A stretch of DNA of 22,237 bases from Pseudomonadota bacterium (GTDB lineage: Bacteria > Bdellovibrionota > FAC87 > UBA2466): contig JAYSWN010000164.1 of NCBI GenBank assembly GCA_043718025.1, positions 1 to 22,237 of the forward strand. Reading direction: 5' to 3'. Shown here piece by piece: positions 16,422 to 22,237 of the stretch; within the stretch, counting starts at the first letter, position 1; every line of letters starts with the position of its first letter. Made by a program: the position numbers and the translations under genes. Below the pieces are notes generated by a model. The model ran no database searches and was not told the DNA's origin. It worked only from the letters and a program-made list of their open reading frames with translations.

Positions 16422-16458
16422 TGGCTCCGGGGCTTTCGGCCGCGGGGCCATTTTTTTT
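16422..16458 (+). terminator. Rho-independent terminator
   Basis: TGGCTCCG-G-GGC-TTTCG-GCC-G-CGGGGCCA stem-loop followed by T8. Confidence 0.85.
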
Positions 16459-16488
16459 GGCGAGTCGGGGTAGGCCGGGACTGAAGGC

Positions 16489-17556
16489 CTACTCAATCTT
16501 CAGCATCAACTGTTCGGGGTAATTCTCGTCTACCAGATTGCCCATTGAGATACCTAACAAGCGAACGGGCCGTAAACGCGCTTGCCTCGTGGTGATCAGT
16601 AGGGCGAGCGCCACTTGAGTGATCACCGAGGCTAAAGCCGTGGGCGTAGCAAGCGTGCGACTACGGGTGAGGGTAGTGAAATCGTGGTAACGAATTTTAA
16701 GGGTCACGGTTAGCCCACGGTGGGCGATGCGGGTGAGCGCCTGCGACACTTCACCCGACAACTCTTCCAATACCTCGGTTAAAGTTTTGATATCCGCCGT
16801 ATCTTTTTCAAAGGTGGTTTCTGAACCGCGGCTTTTTGGTTGGCGATCGGACTGGACCGGGCGGCTGTCCAGGCCAAAGGAAAGGCCGTGGAGAAATCTG
16901 CCGAAGCTTCCTAGACGGCGCACCAGATCTTCGGCGGTGAGCTTTCGCAAGTCGGCGGTGGTCAGCAGTCCCATGCCCTGCATTTTTTTTGCGGTGGCGG
17001 GACCCACCCCCCAAAGTTTTTCAACGGGTAGCTTTTCAACGAATCGGGGCACTTCGGCCGGGGTAATTACGAAAATTCCGTTGGGCTTTCTTAAATCGCT
17101 GGCAACTTTGGCAAGAAATTTATTGGGTGCCACACCTGCCGACGCCGTGAGTCCAAGCTCATTTTGAATTCGGGCCCGGATCAACTCGGCCAGGCGAGTG
17201 GCGGAGCCTTGGGCAAACTTATTCGTGGTCACGTCTAAGTACGCTTCGTCGAGCGAGAGCGGTTCCACCAGGTCAGTGACGTCAAAAAAAATGGCGCGAA
17301 TTTGTCGACTCACCTCTTTATATTTGGAAAATTGGGGCGTGACAAAAATGGTAGCCGGGCAGAGCTTCAACGCATTTCGTGCTGACATGGCGCTACGGAT
17401 GCCAAAGCGGCGGGCCTCATAAGAGGCCGAAGCCACCACCCCGCGGCCTGAAGGGCTTCCCCCCACCACCACGGGAAGCCCCTTGAGTTCAGGGCGGTCC
17501 CGCTGTTCTACCGACGCATAAAAGGCGTCCATGTCGATGTGGATGATTTTGCGCAC
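16489..17556 (-). CDS. dinB: DNA polymerase IV
   Basis: IIHIDMDAFYASVE, ASYEARRFG, SLDEAYLD, NKFLAKVASD and VRLLGIS. GTG start. Confidence 0.97.
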   Translation of the reverse strand: MRKIIHIDMDAFYASVEQRDRPELKGLPVVVGGSPSGRGVVASASYEARRFGIRSAMSARNALKLCPATIFVTPQFSKYKEVSRQIRAIFFDVTDLVEPLSLDEAYLDVTTNKFAQGSATRLAELIRARIQNELGLTASAGVAPNKFLAKVASDLRKPNGIFVITPAEVPRFVEKLPVEKLWGVGPATAKKMQGMGLLTTADLRKLTAEDLVRRLGSFGRFLHGLSFGLDSRPVQSDRQPKSRGSETTFEKDTADIKTLTEVLEELSGEVSQALTRIAHRGLTVTLKIRYHDFTTLTRSRTLATPTALASVITQVALALLITTRQARLRPVRLLGISMGNLVDENYPEQLMLKIE

Positions 17557-17578
17557 GCGATCCTATTATTCCAAGCCT

Positions 17579-17594
17579 CTGAACGAATGTTAAG
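17579..17594. promoter_or_regulatory. Putative LexA (SOS) operator upstream of dinB
   Basis: CTGAAC-GAAT-GTTAAG, one mismatch from the palindrome CTGAAC-N4-GTTCAG, 22 nt upstream of the dinB start. Confidence 0.6.
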
Positions 17595-17722
17595 GCGATA
17601 GTGCGGCAACCCTCTATCCTTTTACCGGAACTTAGGTAGGCTTAAGAGTGTAGGCCGAATCCTTCGGTCCTTCTTCTGTTTCCACCACCAAATCTCATCT
17701 AAACCAACCTAAGGGGATACCC

Positions 17723-18511
17723 ATGCGCCTCAATTTGTCTTTACTCGTTCTGAGCCTAGTTTTGCTCTCTTCTCAGTCGGGCTTTGCGGCCCGTTCTTAC
17801 GCTCGAATCGTGGGCGGCACCGCGGCGACGGCCGGTGAAATGCCATTTATGGTATCGATGCAACGAAGCGGGCGTCATTTTTGTGGCGGTTCGCTCATCG
17901 ATAAAAGTTGGGTGCTGACTGCCGCCCATTGCGTAAAGGGGGCCTCGGCTTCGAGCATCAAAGTTAAGGTGGGTCTTTTGAAAATGGTAGATACCGCCGG
18001 AGTCGAAACCTTTTCATTAGATAAGATTGTTTCTCATCCGGAGAACTCGAGTTCCAACAATGACTACGATTTTGCTTTGCTCAAGCTAAGTGGGGAATCC
18101 AAATACACTCCGGTCTCATTAAATTCCGATTACCGCTGGCTCTCCGATCAAGAACAAGAAGGCCCGATGGCGACTACCGCCGGTTGGGGCACCACCTCCG
18201 AAGGCGGAAGTTTGTCGCCGGTATTGCTCAAGGTCGAAGTGCCCATGGTGAGCACTAAACGTTGCGAAGAGGCCTATCCCGGTCAAATTCTGAAATCGAT
18301 GTTGTGCGCGGGATTTGAAAAAGGCGGCAAAGACTCTTGCCAAGGTGATAGTGGTGGTCCGCTCTTAAGCCGATCGTTCTCGGGTGAGCTGGCCCTTACC
18401 GGGGTGGTGAGTTGGGGCGAAGGCTGTGCCCGTCCGAAAAAGTTTGGCGTTTACGCCGATGTCATTTCCGCGCTGAGCTGGATCGAGAATCAAATGGGTG
18501 CCTCGAAGTAA
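17723..18511 (+). CDS. Secreted trypsin-like serine protease (S1A)
   Basis: Signal peptide, R|IVGG activation site, triad motifs TAAHC / DFALL / GDSGGP, and Asp189-equivalent in KDSC. Confidence 0.95.
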   Translation: MRLNLSLLVLSLVLLSSQSGFAARSYARIVGGTAATAGEMPFMVSMQRSGRHFCGGSLIDKSWVLTAAHCVKGASASSIKVKVGLLKMVDTAGVETFSLDKIVSHPENSSSNNDYDFALLKLSGESKYTPVSLNSDYRWLSDQEQEGPMATTAGWGTTSEGGSLSPVLLKVEVPMVSTKRCEEAYPGQILKSMLCAGFEKGGKDSCQGDSGGPLLSRSFSGELALTGVVSWGEGCARPKKFGVYADVISALSWIENQMGASK

Positions 18512-18548
18512 ATTGACCCTGCGATAAATTCCAAGTGTACTTAAACTC

Positions 18549-19310
18549 ATGCGCACCCTCTCGCTTAAAAATTCGCGTGAACGAATGCTGGCAAACCAGA
18601 GCGAGAAGCTCTTTTTGAGTGGCCCCCAGCCGCGTCTTAAAGAGCTTTGGCGCGCCTGTCGCATTTTTTTTGAAACGCTAAAGGGGTTTCGGTCATTACA
18701 CTTTGTGGGGCCCTGCGTTACCGTGTTCGGTTCGGCCCGTTACCAGTCTGATCACCCTTACTATGAACTCACCAAAGAACTGGGCGCCGCCCTGGCCGGG
18801 GCGGGCTTTACCGTGATGACCGGAGGGGGACCCGGCTTGATGGAGGCGGCCAACCGTGGTGCTAAAGAGCAGGGAGGGCGCTCCGTCGGCTGCAATATCG
18901 TGTTGCCGCAAGAGCAGAGCCCTAACCCGTTTTTAGATCTGTTTATTGAGTTCAAGTATTTCTTTATTCGTAAACTGATGTTGGCAAAGTACTCCTACGC
19001 CTTTGTCGCCATGCCGGGCGGCTTCGGTACGATGGATGAACTATTTGAAGTGGCCACGCTGGTGCAAACCGGAAAAGTAAAACAGTTTCCGATTATCCTC
19101 ATGGGCACCGAGTACTGGCGTCCGCTGTTGAACTTTGTTCGTGAGAACATGGTTCAACAGGGCACCATCGATCTTGCCGACGCCGAACGAATCATCGTGA
19201 GTGACTCTCCCTCCTTCGTGGTTGCCAAGATTAGAGAGATTGCGCTCGGCCAGTTCGGTCTCACCTACGAGCCGCCCGTAAAGCGGCGCTGGTATTTATT
19301 AGAGGGTTGA
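18549..19310 (+). CDS. LOG family nucleotide monophosphate phosphoribohydrolase (TIGR00730-like)
   Basis: VTVFGSAR, TGGGPGLMEAANRGA, FFIRK and PGGFGTMDE. Exact start uncertain. Confidence 0.92.
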   Translation: MRTLSLKNSRERMLANQSEKLFLSGPQPRLKELWRACRIFFETLKGFRSLHFVGPCVTVFGSARYQSDHPYYELTKELGAALAGAGFTVMTGGGPGLMEAANRGAKEQGGRSVGCNIVLPQEQSPNPFLDLFIEFKYFFIRKLMLAKYSYAFVAMPGGFGTMDELFEVATLVQTGKVKQFPIILMGTEYWRPLLNFVRENMVQQGTIDLADAERIIVSDSPSFVVAKIREIALGQFGLTYEPPVKRRWYLLEG

Positions 19311-19811
19311 TTGCGAGTAAAACTTGAGTCGCGCTTGCAGTTGCCTCATCGTCAACCAAGAAAAGTCTTTCTCAACGTAAGTCGTTTTGATGCGCGGTGA
19401 AAAATTCGCGAAATTAGCGCGAAGGTGGCCCACCATTCTTGGCTCCGCCACAATCACCAACCGAGCGCCCTCCGCGCCGAACCGTTTGGACTCGATAATC
19501 GCGGCGGCCTCGCGGGCCGTTTTTTCTGTAATCACTTCAATCGGGTTCACCGTTTGACCGTAGGAGTGGCGGCTGCCCCCGCTCTGGCCGTGATGCGTAG
19601 AATCCCGACTGTCGAAAGACCTTCCGGGCCGATCGCTAACCAACTCATGGGTCTTCTTTCTGCCTTCGGGGATCAGGACCTCTTTCCTGAGTTCGCAGTG
19701 AATGCCATCGATACCGACGACCTTCTCGAAGAGCGCCAGCCGGCCTCGGTCGGCAACGAGGTACCAGGTCTTTTCAACTGTTGCAGATTTCATTCCGTAA
19801 GTGCTTCTCAT
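19299..19811 (-). CDS. Host-attachment (AtsE-like, eRF1-related) protein
   Basis: TWYLVAD, ELVSDRPGRSFDS, LVIVAEPRMVGHLR and EKDF. Start at 19811 or 19793 is more plausible than the track's 19901. Confidence 0.8.
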   Translation of the reverse strand: MRSTYGMKSATVEKTWYLVADRGRLALFEKVVGIDGIHCELRKEVLIPEGRKKTHELVSDRPGRSFDSRDSTHHGQSGGSRHSYGQTVNPIEVITEKTAREAAAIIESKRFGAEGARLVIVAEPRMVGHLRANFANFSPRIKTTYVEKDFSWLTMRQLQARLKFYSQSTL

Positions 19812-20071
19812 CTCAACACCATTTTTGGTTTTTCCTGCGAACATAGCGAACTCCGGGAAGGATAAAGGCTGGTTCAGTTGAGCGAAAACATCTCCGCCCA
19901 AGTACCCCCTTAGATTTGAACTGACCCTGGTTTTTTGTGCATACGTCGTGCCATTGGTTTCGGCCCCTTGCTTTGTTCTCGGTAAATCGAGGGCGGGATC
20001 AGATAACTCATTGAACGAAATTTGATCTCATTCATTGCGGGAATCGGTTACTCTTATTCGGGGTTAAGCTC

Positions 20072-21430
20072 ATGAAAATTACCTTTCTAGGCGCCACCAG
20101 AACCGTAACGGGCTCCAAATATTTAGTAGAGCATCACGGTTTTCGGGCTTTAGTGGATTGCGGCCTGTTTCAGGGGATGAAAGAGCTCAGATTGCGAAAC
20201 CGGGAAAAGTTTCCCGTCGACCCTAAGACCATCGATTGCGTCATTTTAACCCACGCCCACATTGATCACAGCGGCTACCTTCCCCTGCTGGTCAAAAACG
20301 GATTCACCGGTCCCATTTATTGTACTCGGGCCACTTTCTCTCTGTGCGAGATCCTTTTGCTCGATAGCGCCAAGATCCAGGAGGAAGAGGCGGAGTACGC
20401 TAATCGAAGAGGTTTTTCGAAACACCGCCCCGCCTTACCACTTTACACTCAACAAGATGTCGAGCGCTGTTTGCTCCGTTTTCGTCCGTTAGAGTGGGGC
20501 TCTGATCAGGTACTGGCCCCTGAATTCACTTTTCGTTTTTTGCGGGCCGGACACATATTGGGGGCCGCCGTAGTGCTCATTGAGGCAAATCGAAAAAGGC
20601 TTCTCTTTTCGGGGGATCTGGGCCGAGACGCTGATCCGCTGTTGCTTCCCCCCGACACGGTTGAGAGAGTTGATTATTTGGTGCTCGAGTCCACCTACGG
20701 CGGGCGTACGCACCCGCAAGTGGATCCGCTGGAAGAGTTAGCATCGATTATCAAGCGCACGATCGAACGAAAGGGAGTTGTGGTCATTCCCGCGTTTTCG
20801 GTGGGCCGAACGCAAACTCTTTTACACAGTCTTTACGTGTTAAAAAAAGCCGGCCGTATTCCAAAGGTACCAGTTTTTCTAAACAGTCCCATGTCCGTAA
20901 ATGCCACGCACATCTTCAAGCAATTTTCAGAAGAACTTCGTTTGAGCGAAAAGCAGATCAGCGAGGCCTTCGCGTTGGCCAAATATATCAACGGCGAAGC
21001 AGAGTCTAAAGAGCTGAATCTGCTTTCCGGGCCGATGATCATTATTTCTGCCAGCGGAATGGCAACGGGGGGGCGGGTTTTGTACCACCTGCGCGCTTTC
21101 GGACCTGTAGAAAATAATACAATTCTTTTCACGGGGTATCAGGCGGAAGGAACGCGTGGAGCCCAATTAATTGCCGGTAAGCGGGAAATTAAAATTCACG
21201 GTGAGCTAGTTACCATTCGTGCCGAAGTCCAAAATCTAGAAAACTTCTCGGCCCACGCGGATGAATCAGAAATCTTGGCTTGGCTCTCCCACTTTAAGTC
21301 TCCACCCAGTTTAACGTTTCTCACCCACGGTGAATTCTCTGCGGCCCAAGCACTCAAAACGCAGATTGAAAAAAAGACGGGGTGGCGTTGCCGGATCCCT
21401 GAGTACCTGCAGCAGTACGCCCTTCAGTAA
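20072..21430 (+). CDS. MBL-fold beta-CASP nuclease (YSH1/CPSF73-like)
   Basis: LGA..TVTGS, DCGLFQG, THAHIDH, AGHILG, SGDLG, ESTYG, SASGM..GGR, SAHAD and THGE. Confidence 0.93.
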   Translation: MKITFLGATRTVTGSKYLVEHHGFRALVDCGLFQGMKELRLRNREKFPVDPKTIDCVILTHAHIDHSGYLPLLVKNGFTGPIYCTRATFSLCEILLLDSAKIQEEEAEYANRRGFSKHRPALPLYTQQDVERCLLRFRPLEWGSDQVLAPEFTFRFLRAGHILGAAVVLIEANRKRLLFSGDLGRDADPLLLPPDTVERVDYLVLESTYGGRTHPQVDPLEELASIIKRTIERKGVVVIPAFSVGRTQTLLHSLYVLKKAGRIPKVPVFLNSPMSVNATHIFKQFSEELRLSEKQISEAFALAKYINGEAESKELNLLSGPMIIISASGMATGGRVLYHLRAFGPVENNTILFTGYQAEGTRGAQLIAGKREIKIHGELVTIRAEVQNLENFSAHADESEILAWLSHFKSPPSLTFLTHGEFSAAQALKTQIEKKTGWRCRIPEYLQQYALQ

Positions 21431-21690
21431 GCTAGTAATGCTCACTGAGTTTATAATGCGGCGTGCGGTGCAATGTGCACCCATCGGGGCCGGAAAAAAA
21501 GATGGGGTTGCATAGCCGCGAAGCCTCAAAAAACCCACCCTAACGTTGGCCCCCGGCTTGCACATGTCTTCCGGAGTCCGAGCCATCTATCGGACCGAAA
21601 AAACTTGAGTTGGAATGCGCTTCCCGTCTCGGCGTTCGCTGCCGCTTAATTCCAATTTATATTTACCTAACCACAACGAGGACACTCATC

Positions 21691-22237
21691 ATGAATCACA
21701 ACATCTGTTATGCCCATTGGTTTTACCGTTCCTTAATCGGTGCCGCGCTTTTTGCCGCGTCGGCGCCCGGACAAATGGTACCTAACGCCAGAATAAATTT
21801 TGACGCCAACCCGGATCTCAATATTTCCGATAGTGGTGCGGTGGATCTCGCGTCCGAAGTGGATGACGATGAAACCCTGATGATCGATCGGGCTGGCTTA
21901 GAGTGGAGAGAGGATGGCGCCAAGGCCGCTGTCTCTACTTTGTTAAACGAAGAGAGCTCGGCTTCCTTTTTTGGTGCCCTGCCCACTTTGCCCTCATTTA
22001 AGCTACCGTTCGTGGAGTGGCTGGATGACGTTCACGGAAAAGACGATCGCGTTCAAGTGTTTGATACTCAGGCGGTTCCGCAACGGATGGTGGGCCGCAT
22101 TGGTTTAGGCTGCACCGGAACTCTCATTGGCCCCCGCCACGTATTGACCGCCGGCCATTGCGTTTTCAACGTGAAGAATAATAGTTGGCAAAAAAATCTT
22201 GATTTCTCGCCGGCGCAACGTGATGCCACCACTAAAC
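21691..22237 (+). CDS. Secreted V8/glutamyl-endopeptidase-like serine protease (S1B), truncated at the window end
   Basis: Not in the ORF track because no stop is reached. GAGGA SD and ATG 21691, acidic pro-region, then VHGKDDRVQV...VGRIGLGCTGTLIGPRHVLTAGHCV. Confidence 0.85.
   Translation, partial: MNHNICYAHWFYRSLIGAALFAASAPGQMVPNARINFDANPDLNISDSGAVDLASEVDDDETLMIDRAGLEWREDGAKAAVSTLLNEESSASFFGALPTLPSFKLPFVEWLDDVHGKDDRVQVFDTQAVPQRMVGRIGLGCTGTLIGPRHVLTAGHCVFNVKNNSWQKNLDFSPAQRDATTK

Noticed and set aside
17653..17681. Small hairpin GGCCGAA/TTCGGTC with a pyrimidine tail upstream of the trypsin gene (possible attenuator)
   Set aside because: Short stem, 3-nt loop and an interrupted U-tract make the support insufficient.
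21470..21540. Possible c-di-GMP-I riboswitch (GGGGTTGCATAGCC resembles GGGACGCAAAGCC)
   Set aside because: No GGCAAA/GNRA-tetraloop arrangement or tetraloop receptor is recognisable. Kept only as an unnamed structured leader.
21723..21986. 87-aa minus-strand ORF
   Set aside because: It is antisense to the clearly recognisable V8-like protease.
1..22237. CRISPR arrays, tRNA/rRNA, IS or prophage elements, defence systems
   Set aside because: I saw no regularly spaced repeats, RNA-gene signatures, transposase/integrase motifs or defence-gene architectures. The LOG and MBL proteins look like ordinary stand-alone types.

Overview
Bacterial genomic DNA with roughly balanced GC. Gene content suggests a Gram-negative, Bdellovibrionota/Deltaproteobacteria-like organism (inference from orphan secreted proteins, an S1A trypsin, a V8-like protease and a Myxococcus-type LexA box). 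The left part (1-13.1 kb) is mostly housekeeping: small ORF-psd-pssA-Usg/Asd-like-truA-TonB C-terminal protein, a YkgJ-like Cys protein, an AI-2E transporter, a Wzi-family protein, rplM-rpsI, a small Cys-rich protein and a fadI-fadJ beta-oxidation pair. The right part is more accessory: a lipase, several exported hypothetical proteins, a PDZ lipoprotein, dinB, trypsin, a LOG protein, a host-attachment (eRF1-like) protein, a beta-CASP nuclease and a truncated V8-like protease. The best novel candidate is a 39-codon mini-lipoprotein missing from the ORF track (15655-15774) that is ATGA-coupled to a separately secreted Cys-rich protein. Other highlights are an L13 with a long Lys-rich N-terminal extension, an Asd homologue with substituted catalytic residues, back-to-back leaderless-looking genes, a LexA-like box before dinB and a structured leader before the V8-like protease. 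I saw no rRNA, tRNA, CRISPR array or mobile element. All calls are by eye; no searches were run.
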